Shown one piece after another: positions 11,040 through 24,231 of a DNA stretch of 64,000 bases (position 1 is the first letter of the stretch; the number at the start of each line of letters is the position of its first letter). Both the position numbers and the translations under genes were made by a program. A model generated the notes under the pieces. That model was not told where the DNA came from. It searched no databases and saw nothing but the letters and a program-made list of their open reading frames with translations. The stretch comes from Pristiophorus japonicus (Eukaryota): contig NC_091977.1 of the NCBI RefSeq assembly GCF_044704955.1, positions 223,014,001 through 223,078,000 of the forward strand. The letters run 5' to 3'.

Positions 11040-13816
11040 AAAAGACAAGCCTGAAGGCTCTGTGCCTCAATGCGAGGAATATTCGGAACAAGGTGGGCAA
11101 ATTAACTGCGCAGATAGCAGTTAACGGATATGATGTAATTGGCATCACAGAGACATGGCTCCAGAGTGACCAAGGCTGGGAATCAACATCCAGGGGTATT
11201 CAACATTTAGGAAGGATAGACACAGAAAGGAAAAGGAGGTGGGGTGGCGTTGCTGGTTAAAGAGGAAATTAATGCAATAGTAAAGAAGGACATTAGCTTG
11301 GATGATGTGGAATCTGTATGGGTGGAGCTACGGAATACCAAAGGGCAGAAAACGCTGGTGGGAGTTGTGTACAAACCACCAACCAGTAGTAATGAGGATG
11401 AGGACAGCATCAAACAAGAAATTAGGGATGCGTGCAATAAAGGTACAGCAGTTATCATGGGCGACTTTAATTTACATATTGACTGGGATAACCAAACTGG
11501 TAGCAATGCGGCGGAGGAGGATTTCCTGGAGTGTATTAGGGATGGTTTTCTAGACCAATATGTCGAGGAACCAACTAGAGGGCTGGCCATCCTAGATTGG
11601 GTGATGTGTAATGAGAAAGGACTAATGAGCAATCTTGTTGTGCGAGGCCCCTTGGGGAAGAGTGACCATAATATGGTAGAATTCTTTATTAAGATGGAGA
11701 GTGACACAGTTAATTCAGAGGCTACGGCCCTGAACTTAAGGAAAGGTAACTTCGATGGTAAGAGATGTGAATTGGCTAGAATAGACTGGCGAGTGAAACT
11801 TAAAGGGTTGACGGTAGATAGACAATGGCAAACATTTAAAGATCACATGGATGAATTTCAACAATTCTACATCCCTGTCTGGGGTAAAAATAAAACGGGG
11901 AAGGTGGCTCAACCGTGGCTAACAAGGGAAATTAAGGATAGTGTTAAATCCAAGGAAGAGGCATACAAATTGGTCAGAAAAAGCAGCAAACCTGAGGACT
12001 GGGAGAAATTTTGTAATACAGCAGAGGAGGACAAAGGATTTATCTAGGAGGGGGAAAATGAGAGTATGAGAGGAGGCTTGCTGGTAACATAAAAACTGAC
12101 TGCAAAAGCTTCTATAGATATGTGAAAAAAAAAGATTCCTTGCAGTCAGATTCAAGTGAATTTATAATGGGGAACAAAGAAATGGCGGACCAGTTAAACA
12201 AATACTTTGGTTCTGTTTTCACGACGGAAGATACAAATAACCTTCTGGAAATATTGGGGACTGAGGAGAAACTGAAGGATATCCTTTTCAAGCGGGAAAT
12301 TGTGTTAGGGAAATTGATGGGATTAAAGACCGATAAATCCCCAGGGCCTGATAGTCTGCATCCCAGAGTACTTAAGGAAGTGGTCCTAGAAATAGTGGAT
12401 GCATTGGTGATCATTTTCCAACAGTCTATCGGCTCTGGATCAGTTCCTATGGACTGGTGGGTAGCTAATGTAATACCACTGTTTAAAAAATGAGTGAGAA
12501 AGAAAACGGTAATTATAGACCGGTTAACCTGACATCAGTAGTGGGAAAATGTTGGAATCAATTATTATAGATGAAATAGCAGCGCATTTGGAAAGCGGTG
12601 ACAGGATCTGTCCAAGTCAGCAGGGATTTATGAAAGGGAAATCATGCTTGACAAATCTTCTGGAAATTTTTGAGGATGTAACTAGTAGAGTGGACAAGGG
12701 AGAACCAGTGAATGTGGTATATTTGGACTTTCAAAAGGCTTTTGACAAGCTCCCACACAAGAGATTGGTGTGCAAAATCAAAGCACATGATACTGGGGGT
12801 AATGTACTGACGTGGATAGAGAACTGGTTGGCAGACAGGAAGCAGAGAGTCGGGATAAATGGGTCCTTTTCAGAATGGGAGCCAGTGACTAGTGGAGTGC
12901 CGCAGCGCTCAGTGCTGGGACCCCAGCTCTTTACAATATACATTAATGATTTAGATGAAGGAATTGAGTGTAATATCTCCAAGTTTGCAGATGACACTAA
13001 ATTGGGTGGCGGTGTGAGTTGTGAGGAGGACGCTAAAAGGCTGCAGGGTGACTTGGATAGGTTAGGTGAGTGGGCAAATGCATGGCAGATGCAGTATAAT
13101 GTGGATAAATGTGAGGTTATTCACTTTGGGGGAAAAAACACGAAGGCAGAATATTATCTGAATGGCGGCAAATTCAGAAAGGGGGAGGTACAACAAGACC
13201 TGGGTGTCATGATTCATCAGTCATTGAAAGTTGGCATGCAGGTACAGCAGGCGTTGAAGAAGGCAAAGAAGGCCTTCATAGCTAAGGGATTTGAGTATAG
13301 GAGCAGGGAGGTCTTACTGCAGTTGTACAGGGCCTTGGTGAGGCCTCACCTGGAATATTGTGTTCAATTTTGGTCTCCTAATCTGTGGCAGGACATTCTT
13401 GCTATTGAGAGACTGCAGTGAAGGTTCACCAGACTGATTCCCGGGATGGCGGGACTGACATATGAGGAGAGACTCGATCAACTGGGCCTTTTTCACTGGA
13501 GTTTTGAAGGATGAGAGGGGATCTCATAGACACTTATAAGATTCTGATGGGACTAGACAGGTTAGATGCAGGAAGAATTTTCCCGAAGATGGGGAAGACC
13601 AAAACCAGGGGACACAGTCTTAGGATAAGGGGTAGGCAATTTAAGACTGAGATGAGGAGAAACATCTTCTCTCAGAGAGTTGTTAACCTGTGGAATTCCC
13701 TACCGCAGAGAGTTGTTGTTGCCAGTTCATTGGATATATTCAAGAGGCAGTTAGATATGGCCCTTACGGTTAAAGGGATCAAGGGGTATGGTGAGAAAGC
13801 AGGAAAAGGGTACTGA
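11040..13816 (+). pseudogene. CR1 ORF2: APE endonuclease and reverse transcriptase (disrupted)
   Basis: LNARNI, ITETWL, MGDFN, SDH endonuclease motifs; KSPGPD, YLDFQKAFD, GVPQRSVLGP, FADD RT motifs spread over several frames. Confidence 0.93.
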
Positions 13817-13919
13817 GGGAATGATCAGCCATGATCTTATTGAATGGTGGTGCAGGCTTGAAGGGCCGAATGGCCTGCTCCTGCACATATTTTCTATGTT
13901 TCAATGTTTCTATATTTCT

Positions 13920-14722
13920 AACCTTTCCTCATAAGTCAACCTCCTCAACTCCAGAATCAACCTAGTGAATCTTCTCTGAACTGCCTCCAAAGCAAGTATA
14001 TCCTTTGTTAAATATGGAAAGCAAAATATGTATTCCAGGTGTGGCTTCACCAATACCCTGTATAACTGTAGCAAGACTTCCTTGCTTTTATACTCCATCC
14101 CCTTTGCAAGAAAGGCCAAGATTCCATTGGCCTTCCTGATCACTTGCTGTACCTGCATACTAATCTTGTGTTTTATGCACCAGGACCCCCAGGTCCCGCT
14201 GTACTGCAGCACTTTGCAATTTTTCTCCATTTAAATAATAACTTGCTCTTTGATTTTTTTCTGCTAATGTGCATAACCTCACAATTTCCAACATTATATT
14301 CCATCTGCCAAATTTTTGCCCATTCACTTAGCCTGTCTATGTCCTTTTGCAGATTTTTTGTGTCCTCCTCAGACATTGCTTTTCCTCCCATCTTTGTATC
14401 ATCAGCAAACTTGGCTATGTTACACTCAGTCTCTTCATCCAAGTCATTAATATAGATTGTAAATAGTTGGGGTCCCAGCACTGATCCCTGCGGCACCCCA
14501 CTTGTTACTGATTGCTCACCCAAGAATTAACCATTTATCTCAACTCTTTGTTTTCTGTTAGTTAGCCAATCCTCTATCCATGCTAATATATTACAACAAC
14601 CCCATGAACTTTTATCTTGTGCAGTAACCTTTTATGTGGCATCTTGTCAAATGCCTTCTAAAAGTCCAAATACACCACATCCATTGGTTCCCTTTGATCC
14701 ACCCAGTTTATTACATCCTCAA
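13920..14722 (-). mobile_element. CR1 LINE RT segment (5' half of the element split at 9188)
   Basis: ORFs 13910-14230 and 14173-14523 (GVPQGSVLGP, FADDTK). Confidence 0.9.
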
Positions 14723-14803
14723 AGAGTACTTCATTAGCTGTAAAACACTTTGAGACATCCGGTGGTCGTGAAAGGCCATATATAAATGCAAGTCTTTCTT
14801 TCT
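14722..14803 (+). mobile_element. DeuSINE tail (joins 8720-8748)
   Basis: cattacaacagtgactatatttca (8725-8749) continues as aagagtacttcattagctgtaaa...tatataaatgcaagtctttc. Confidence 0.75.
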
Positions 14804-17800
14804 ACTTGACCAATAAAATATTGAAACTCCTACATCAGTGATAATTTACACTCATAGAATTACCTAGAATTACAGTACAGAAACAGGCCATTTGGCTCAA
14901 CTGGTCCATGCCAGTGTTTATAGATTCACAGAATCATAAAAGTTTACAGAACGGAAGGAGGCCATTTCAGCCGATAGTGTCCTTTCCAGCCAAAAAGAGT
15001 CTATCCAGCCTAATCCCACTTTCCAGCTCTAGGTCCGTAACCCTGCAGGTTACGGCACTTCAAATGAACATCAAAGTACTTTTTAAATGAGGTGAGGGTT
15101 TCTGCGTCTACCACTCTTTCAGGCAGTGAATTTCAGACCCCTACAACCCTCTGCATGAAAAACTTTCCCCTCAAATCCTCTCTAAACCTTCTACCAATTA
15201 CTTTAAATTTATGCCCCCTGGTTGTTGACCCCTCTGCTAAGGGAAATAGGCCCTTTCTATCCACTATATATCGGCCTCTCATAATTTTATACAGCTCAAT
15301 GAGGTCGCCCCTCAGCCTCCTCTGTTCCAAGGAAAACAAATCCAGCCTATCCATAGCTAAAATTCTCCACTGGCAACATCCTCATAAATCTCCTCTGTAC
15401 CTTCTCCAGTGCAATCACGTCCTTCCTGTAATGCAGTGACCCAGAACTGCATTCAGTACTCCAGCTATAGCCTAAATAGTGTTTTATACAGTTCAAGCAT
15501 AACCCCCCTGCTCTTGTATTCTATGCCTCGGCTAATAAAGGCAAGCATTCCATATGCCATCTTAACCACCTTATCTACCTGGCCTGCTACTTTCAGGGAT
15601 CTGTGGACATGCACTCCGAGGTCCCTTTGTTCATCTACACTTCTCAGTGTCCTACCATTTAATGTGTATTCCCTTTCCTTGTTAGCCCTCCCCAAATGCA
15701 TTACCTCACAAACTTCTCTGGATTAAATTCAATTTGCCACTGTTCTGCCCACCTGACCAGTTGATTGATATCTTCCTGCAGTCTACAGCTTTCTTCTTCA
15801 TTATCAACCACACAGTCGATTTTAGTATCATCTGCAAACTTCTTAACCCCCTATATTCAAGTCTAGATCATTGATGTATCACAAAAAGCAAGGGGCCTAA
15901 TACTGAGTCCTGCAGAACCCCACTGGAAACAGCCTTCCAGTCACGAAAACACCCATCAACCATTACCCTTTGCTTCCTGCCTCTGAGCCAATTTTGGATC
16001 CAACTTACCACTTTGCTCTGGATCTCATGGGCTTTTACTTTCATGATCAGTCTGCCATGTGGGACCTTGTCAAAAGCTTTGCAAAAATCCATATATACTA
16101 CATCGTACGCACAACCCTCATCAAACCCTCCTCGAAAAATGTAATCAAGTTAGTCAGACGCAACCTTCCCTTAACAAATCCATGCTGACTGTCCCTGATT
16201 AATCCATGTCTTTCCAAATGTAGATTTATCCTGTCCTTTAGGACTTTTTCCAATAATTTTCCCACCACTGAGGTTAGGCCGAATGGCCTGTAATTACTGT
16301 CTATCCCTTTCTCCCTTCTTAAACAAAGGTATCACATTAGCAGTCCTCCAATCCTCTGGCACCACAACTGAAGCCAAAGAGGTTTGGAAAATGATGGTCA
16401 AAGCCTCTGCTATTTCCTCTTTTGCTTCACTTAACAGCTTGGGATACATTTCATCTGGGCCTGGGCACTTAGCTACTTTCAAAGCTGCTAAACCCCTTAA
16501 TACCTCCTCTCTCACTATGTTCATTTCATCTAATATTTCACATTCCTCCTCCCTGATAGCAGTGTCTGCACCGCTCCTCTCATTTTTGAAAACAGACGCA
16601 AAGTACTCATTAAGAACCATACCCACATCTTCCACCTCCACACACAGATTATCCTCATGGTCTCTAATAGGCCCTATCCTTTCTTTAGTTATCCTCTTGC
16701 TCTTAATATATTTATAAAACATCTTTAGGTTTTCCTTGATTTTACTTGCCAAGAATTTTTCATGCTCTCTCTTTGCTTTCCTAATATCCTTTTTAATTTC
16801 ACCTCTGGACTTTCTATACTCCTGTAGAGATTCTACAGTATTTTGCCCTCGGTATCTGTCATAAGCCTCCCTTTTTTTTCTTTATTCTGCCCTGTATGTC
16901 CCTAGACATCCAGGGGGGCTCTAGATTTGTTAGTCCCACCCTTTTGCTTTAAGGGCACATATTTGGCCTGAACACTCCGGATCTCCTCTTTGAATGCCTC
17001 CCACTGCTCTGACATTGATTTACCTTCAAGTAGCTGTTTCCAGTCCACTATGGCCAAATCACTTCTCAGCTGAGCAAAGTTGGCTTTTCCCCAATTTAGA
17101 ATTTTTATTTCCTGGTCTATCCTTGTCCTTTTCTGTAACTACCTTAAATCTAACTGAATTATGGTCACTAGCACCTAAATGCTCTCCCATTGATACCCCT
17201 TCCACCTGCCCAGCTTCATTCCTAAAACTAAATCCAGAACCGCCCCCTCCCATGTTGGGCTTGCTACATACTGGCTAAAAAAGTTCTCTTGAACGCATTT
17301 TAGGAATTCCGCACCCTCTGTACCTTTCACACTAATTTTGTCCCAGTTAATATTAGGATAGTTGAAATCCCCTACTATTACTGCTCTATAGCTTTTGTAC
17401 TTCTCAGAAATGTGCTCTTCTATCTCCCTCTCACAGTTTGGTGGTCTATAGTTCACTCCCAGCAGTGTGATCGCCCCTTTTTTGTTTTTCAGTTCGACCC
17501 ATATGGCCTCGTTTGATGATCCCTCTACATATCATCCCTCCTCACAGTTGTAATAGTTTCTTTCATCAATACCGCAACCTTCCTCCCATTTTACCCCCTC
17601 TCTATCCCGTCTGAAGATCCTGTAACCAGGAATGTTAAGCTGCCATACCTGCCCCACTTTTAACCATGTCACTGTAATAGCTATAATATCATACTCCCAA
17701 GTATCTACCTGTGCTCTCAGCTCATCTGTCTTATCCTTGCTTTTCTCCTTGCATTGTATATACCATTTAATACAGCCAGACCTCCTTGTTGACTACTTGT

Positions 17801-18671
17801 TTCCTCTGTCCTTCAAATTCACTTTCTAATTTTTGCTTTCTAATTCCAGCTTTACTCCCCTCCCTTCTGAATCTATTCTTGGGTTCCCATCCCCCTGCCA
17901 AGCTAGTTTAAACCCTCCCCAACAGCAGTAGCAACCCCCCCCCACCCTCCGCGATGATATTGGTCCCGGCTCTGTTGAGGGCAACCCGTCCCGTTCAGCT
18001 TGTACAGGTCCCACCTCACCCAGAAGCAGTCCCAATGCCTCAGGAATCTAAAGCCCTCCCTCCTGCACCATCTCTCCAGCCACGCATTCATCTGCTCTAT
18101 CCTCCTATTTCTGTACTCACTAGCTCATGGCACCGGGAGTAATCTGGAGATTACTACCTTTGAGGTCCTGCTTTTTAATCTCCTAGCTCCTTAAACTCTG
18201 CCTGCAGGACCTCATCCCTCTTTCTACTTATATCGTTGGTACAGATATGGACCACGACCTCTGACTGTTCACCCAATCCCCCCAGAATGCCCTGCAGCTG
18301 CTCAGTGACATCCTTGACCCTGGCACCAGGGAGGCAACATACCATCCTGGAGTCATGTCTGCGGCCACAGAAACGCCTGTCTGCTCCCCTAACTATCGAA
18401 TCCCCTACCACTATAGCTCTTCCATTCTTCTGTCTCCCCCCTTGTGCAGCAAAACCACCCGTGGTGTCGTGGACTTGACTCTGGCTGCACTCCCCAGAGG
18501 CACCATCACCCCCACCGGTACTCAGAAGAGAATACCAGTTAAAGAGGGAGATAGGCTCAGGGGACTCCTGCACTACCTGCCTAGTCCTCCTCTTCTGTCT
18601 GCTGGTCACCTACTCCTCTCAGCCTGCACACTCTTAAGCTGTGGGGTGACCACCTCTAGAAATGTGCTATC

Positions 18672-21600
18672 TGTTATGTATTTAACCTTTTGTAACTTGT
18701 ATTACACCTGACCACCAGAGGGCCCACCTATTGGAGTCCCAAGGGATCCTAGCATCCCTTGGGAGCACAGTATATAAGCAGGCCACCCACGAGGTACCTG
18801 CACTCTGGAACCTTAATAAAGGAGCTAAGGTCACCCTTGCTCATTACACACAGTACTCAGTCTCACCATTTATTATGAATGTAACAATTGGTGACGAGGT
18901 AACGAACAACTGCGCGAAAATGCAAAGAACAGTCGGCATCCTGGAGAAGTTCTCAGAAGGGGACGATTGGGAGGCCTTCATGGAGAGACTCTACCAATAT
19001 TTTGTGGCCAACGAGCTGGAAGGGGACGAGAACGCCACCAAACGAAGGGCGATCCTCCTAATTGTCTGTGGGGCAGCAACCTATGGCCTCATGAAGAATC
19101 TCCTGGCCCCGGCAAAACCAACAGAGAAATCCTATGAAGAATTGTGTGTGCTGGTCCGGGAGCACCTAAATCCTAAGGAAAGCGTTTTGATGGCGAGATA
19201 TCGGTTCTACATGTGTCAGCGATCGGAGGGCCAGGAAGTGGTGAGCTATGTCGCCGAACTAAGGCGCTTCGCAGGACATTGTGAGTTTGAGGGATTCCTA
19301 GAACAACTGCTCAGAGACTTTTTTGTACTGGGCATCAGACATGAGACAATCCTTCGCAAACTGTTGACTGTTGAAACTCCGAATCTAAGTAAAGCCATAA
19401 CGATAGCCCAGGCATTTATGTCCACCAGCGACAACACCAAGCAGATTTCGCAGAACAAAAAAGTCTCGGCCAGTGCTGTGCATAAAATAACATCGGTTTT
19501 GAGCAGAAATGTACATGGCAGAACCTACACGCCGGTTGCTGTGGCCCGACTTCAATTGACCCAGAGTCCGCCATCATCTGTTAATGCGAGGCAGTTAACA
19601 CCCTGTTGGTGCTGCAGAGATGATCATCGGCCCCATCAATGCTGCTTTAAGCACTATGCGTGCAATGGTTGCAGAACAATGAGACACCTCCAATGAATGT
19701 GCAGATGAGCTGCAAACCCTGCAAACCACGTTGCAGAGGAAGATTGATCCACAGTGGATCAGACGGAGTTGGAAACTCGTATGGAGAAGGCAGAAGTGTA
19801 CGGGGTACACACATTCACCACGAAATGCCCACCAATAATGTTGAAAGTTGAACTGAATGGCATTCCAGTATCTATGGAGCTGGACACGGGGGCAAGTCAG
19901 TCCATAATGAGTAAAAAGGCCTTCAACAGGCTGTGGGGAAAGAAGGCACACAGGCCCAAGCTCAGCCCCATTCACACTAAACTAAGGACTTACACCAAAG
20001 AACTTATCCCTGTAATTGACAGTGCTGAAATCAAAGTCTCCTATGATGGAGCAGTACACGAACTCCCGCTGTGGATTGTGCCAGGGGATAGCCCCACGTT
20101 GTTGGCAGAAACTGGCTGGGGAAAATCCGCTGGAACTGTGACGTTATCCGAGCGCTTTCGTCCGTCGATGATGCCTCATGTATCCAGGTTCTAAGCAAGT
20201 TCCCATTGCTGTTCGAGCCAGGCATTGGAAGCTTCTCGGGGGCGAAAGTGCAGATCCATTTGATTCCCGGTATGCAACCCATCCACCACAAAGCACGGGC
20301 GGTACCGTACATGATGCGTGAAAAAGTGGAAATTGAGCTGGTCAGGCTGCAACGTGAAGGCGTTCACTAAGCTGCACCTGACCTCGGCCTACATGACGCG
20401 GGAGCAGGAGGAGTCTTCGAAAGGCCTCACCTGCATCAACACGCACAAAGGTCTGTTTATCTACAACCGGTGCCCGTTCAGGATTCGGTCGGCCGCGGCG
20501 ATCTTCCAGCGGAACATGGAGAGCCTGCTAAAGTCGGTTCCTTGCACAGTGGTCTTCCAGGACGACATATCAGTTACAGGTCGGGACACCATGGAGCACT
20601 TGAAGAATCTGGAGGAGGTTCTTAGTGGGTTGGATCGCGTGGGGCTCAGGTTGAAACGCTCGAAGTGTGTTTTCCTGGCACAGCACGTTGAATTCTTAGG
20701 AAGGAGAATTGCAGCAGACGGCATCAGACCCACCGACGCCAAGACGGAGGCCATCAAGAACGTGCCGCGACCACAGAACGTGACGGAGCTGCGGTCGTTC
20801 CTGGAACTCCTTAACTATTTCGGGAATTTCCTACCTGGGTTAAGCACCCTGCTAGAACCCCTACATGCGTTACTGCGCAGGGGAGATGACTGGGTATGGG
20901 GGAATTCTCAGGAGGCTGCCTTTAAGAAAGCCAGAAATTTATTGTGTTCTTACAAACTGCTTGTCCCGTATAATCCATGTAAATGATTAGTGTTAGCTTG
21001 TGATGCGTCGTCATATGGGGTCGGATGTGTGTTACAACAGGCTAATGATTTGGAGATTTTGCCATCTAGGAGTTTGTCCAAGGCCGAAATGGCCTACAGC
21101 ATGGTTGAAAAGAGGCTCTGGCGTGCGTTTACGGGGTAAAAAAAATGCACCAGTACTTATTTGGCCTCAAGTTCGAGCTTGAAACTGACCACAAGCTGCT
21201 CATATCGCTGTTCTCTGAGAGCAAAGGGATTAATACCAATGCCTCCGCCCGCATCCAAATATGGCCGCTCACGCTGTCAGCATACAACTATGTAATCCGC
21301 CACAGACCGGGCACAGAGAACTGCACAGATGCTCTCAGTCGGCTACCATTACCCACCGCCGGGGTGAAAATGGCACAGCCAGCGGACATGCTCATGGTCA
21401 TGGAGGCATTTGAGAATGAGAAGTACCTCATTAAGGCCCGCCAGATCAGGACCTGGACCAGCCAGGATCCTTTACTGTCCTTGGTAAAAAACTGTGTCCT
21501 CCATAGGAGCTGGTCCAGTGTCCAGTGGAGATGCAGGAAGTGATTAAGCTGTTCTACAGATGCAAAGACAGGTTGTCCCTGCAGGTGGACTGTCTTTTGT

Positions 21601-22999
21601 GGGGCAATCGCGTGGTCTTGCCCAAGAAAGGCAGAGACACATTTATTTGCAAACTGCATAACACCCACCGAGGCATCGAAATGATGAAAGCCATAGCCAG
21701 ATCTCACGTGTGGTGGCCTGGCATCGACTCAGATTTAGAGTCATGCGTGCGCCAGTGCAACACTTGCTCTCAGTTGAGCAACGCACCCAGCGAGGCACCG
21801 CTAAGTTTGTGGTCATGGCCATTCAAACCGTGGTCGAGGATCCATGTAGACTATGCGGGCCCATTCCTAGGCAAAATGTTTTCGGTTGTCGTGGACGCTT
21901 ACTCAAAATGGATTGAATGTACAATAATGTCTGTCAGCATATCCACGGTCACTATTGTAAGCCTACAAGCCATGTTTGCCATGCACGACTTGCCTGATGT
22001 CCTAGTGAGCGACAATGGGCCGTGCTTCACCAGTGCTGAATTCAAGGAATTCATGACCCACAATGGGATCAAACATGTCACATCTGCCCCGTTCAAGCCC
22101 GCATCCAACGGCCAGGCAAAATGGGCAGTTCAGACCATCAAGCAAAGCTTGAAACATGTGTCGGAAGGCTCCCTGCAGACTCGGTTGTCCCGAGTGTTGT
22201 CCAGCTACCACACCAGACCCCACTCACTCACTGGGATTCCCCCAGCTGAGCTGCTCAAGAAAAGGGCACTTAAAACAAGGCTCTCTCTTGTCCACCCTGA
22301 TCTCCATGATCACGTGGAGAGCAAGTGGCATCAACAAAGTATGTACCATGATCGTGCAAATTTGTCACACGATATTGAGATCAATGATCCTGTGTTTGTG
22401 CTCAATTATGGATATGGTCCCAAATGGCTTGCTGGCACGGTCACAGCCAAAGAGGAGAGTAGGGTGTTTCAGGTCAAACTGACCAATGGACATATGCACA
22501 GAAAACATTTGGACCAAATCAAATTGCGGTTCTCCAACAGCTACGAACAACCTGAAGAGGACACCACCAACTTTGACCTTCCAACACACACACAAGTGGC
22601 AACTGACATCATAGTTGACCACGAAACCAAACTCATCATCCCCAGCAGCCCGGCAAGGCCGGCTGCCCAACAGCCCAGTGAAGAACTGACCAACCCACCT
22701 ACACCCGCATTTGGTACCGAGACGATCGACAAGTGAGCGCAAAGCCCCAGATTGTCTCACCTTGTAAATAAGTGTACTGTTGACTTCACGGGGGAGTGAT
22801 GTTATGCATTTAACCCTTTGTAACTTGCATCACACCTGACCACCAGAGGGCCCACTTGTTGGAGTCCCAAGGGATCCCAGCATCCCTTGGGAGCACAGTA
22901 TATAAGCAGGTCATGCACTCTGGAACCTTAATAAGAGCTAAGGTCACACTTGTTCATTACACATAGTACTCAGTCTCACTATTTATTATGAGTGTAACA
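18672..22999 (+). mobile_element. Complete Gypsy (Mag-like) LTR retrotransposon
   Basis: LTRs 18672-18886 and 22800-22999 (TG...CA); perfect 5 bp TSD ctatc (18667-18671, 23000-23004); PBS tggtgacgagg resembling the tRNA-Ser(GCU) 3' complement; PPT gggggagtga. Confidence 0.97.
18920..22767 (+). pseudogene. Gypsy gag-pol (Gag, protease, RT, RNase H, integrase), disrupted
   Basis: DWEAFMERL Gag; two decayed CCHC knuckles; LDTGAS protease; VFQDDI RT; CDAS...ETDHK RNase H; HHCC, HVDYAGP and SDNGP integrase; stops, frameshifts and an RT deletion near 20360. Confidence 0.95.
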
Positions 23000-23389
23000 C
23001 TATCCATGTAGCTCTCAGTCTCGCGGATGCACTGCAGTGAATCCAGCCGCCGCTCAAGCTCCAAAACACGGAGCTTGAGTTGGTGCAGCTGGAGACCTCC
23101 TGTACACATGGTCGTCCAGGCTGCGTGAAGTGTCTAGGACTTCCCACATGCCACAGGATGTGCAATCCACAGGAATAAGCTGCCCTGCCGTCCCTCTAGT
23201 TAGACTCGGAGCTATCAAGCAAAAATAAACTCTAAACCTTAGCAAAACACACCCAGCAGCTACTCAGCAATCAGCTGCTTTAATTAATTAGGTTTTTTAG
23301 ATTAGAAATATCACTTATCAATTTAATTGCAGCTCCTTTATTTAAAAGACTAAGAACTAACCTTTATTTAAAGGTGCACTCGAGCCTCC

Positions 23390-24185
23390 TCCCATGCTTC
23401 CTCATCTAAATGTATCAACATACCCCTCTATTCCCTTCTCCATCATATGCTCATCTAACTGGCCCTTAAATGCATCTACACTATTCGCTTCAGCTACTCC
23501 CTGCGATAGTGAGTTCCACATTCTCACCACTCTCTGGTAAATAAGTTTCTTCTGAATTCCCTATTTGATTACTTGGTGACTATTTTATATTGATGGCCAC
23601 TAGTTTGTTCTTCCCCACAAATGGAAACATTCTCTGTGAGTCTACTCTATCAAAACCTTTCTATTCGGTCACCCCTCAGCCTTCTCTTTTTAAGAGAAAA
23701 GAGACCCACCCTGTTCATCTATTTCTGATAATTATAACCTCGTAGTTCTGGTATCATCCTTGTAAATCTTTTTTGCACCCTTTCCAGTGCCTCTAAATCC
23801 TTTTTATAATATGGTGACCAGAACTGTACGCAGTGCTTCAAGTGTGGTCTAACCAAGATTCGATACAAGTTAAGCATAACTTCTCTACTTTTCAGTTACA
23901 TCCCTCCAGAAATAAACCCTAGTGCTTGGTTTGCTTGTTTTATAGCCTTGTTAACTTCTGTCACCACTTTTAATGATTTGTGTATTTGTACTCCAAGATC
24001 CCCTTGTTCCTCTACCCCATTTAGATTCCTATTTTCAAAGTAGTATGTGACTTCCTTATTTTTCTTACCAAAAAGAAATAGCTCACACTTAACTGTTTTG
24101 AAATTCATTTGCCAATTATCTGCCCAGCCTGCAAGTTTTTTGTCTTCTTGTAATTTGTTGCAGTCCTCCTCAGTATTGATATCAT
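23390..24185 (-). mobile_element. Old CR1 LINE RT/3' fragment
   Basis: ORF 23896-24195 EEDCNKLQED..WADNWQMNF..GDLGVQIHKSLK. Confidence 0.85.
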
Positions 24186-24231
24186 CCAAAACCAAAGTTG
24201 TGATGAGACAATAGGGTGACAGTTAGAATAG

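Larger units (their letters stand above)
9189..13919 (+). mobile_element. Near full-length CR1 LINE (5' UTR, ORF1, ORF2, (TTTCTATG)n tail)
   Basis: Ordered 5' UTR, ORF1, EN and RT, 3' UTR and octamer tail at 13890-13919; it splits an older antisense CR1. Confidence 0.95.
14925..23385 (-). mobile_element. Near full-length CR1 LINE (second subfamily) interrupted in ORF1 by a Gypsy provirus
   Basis: Tail at ~14925; RT and EN peptides 15133-17456; esterase ORF1 at 17830-18671 (IVVGDSIVRG, VCCLPGARVKDV) and zinc-finger start at 23005-23200 (VDCTSCGMWEV). Confidence 0.9.
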
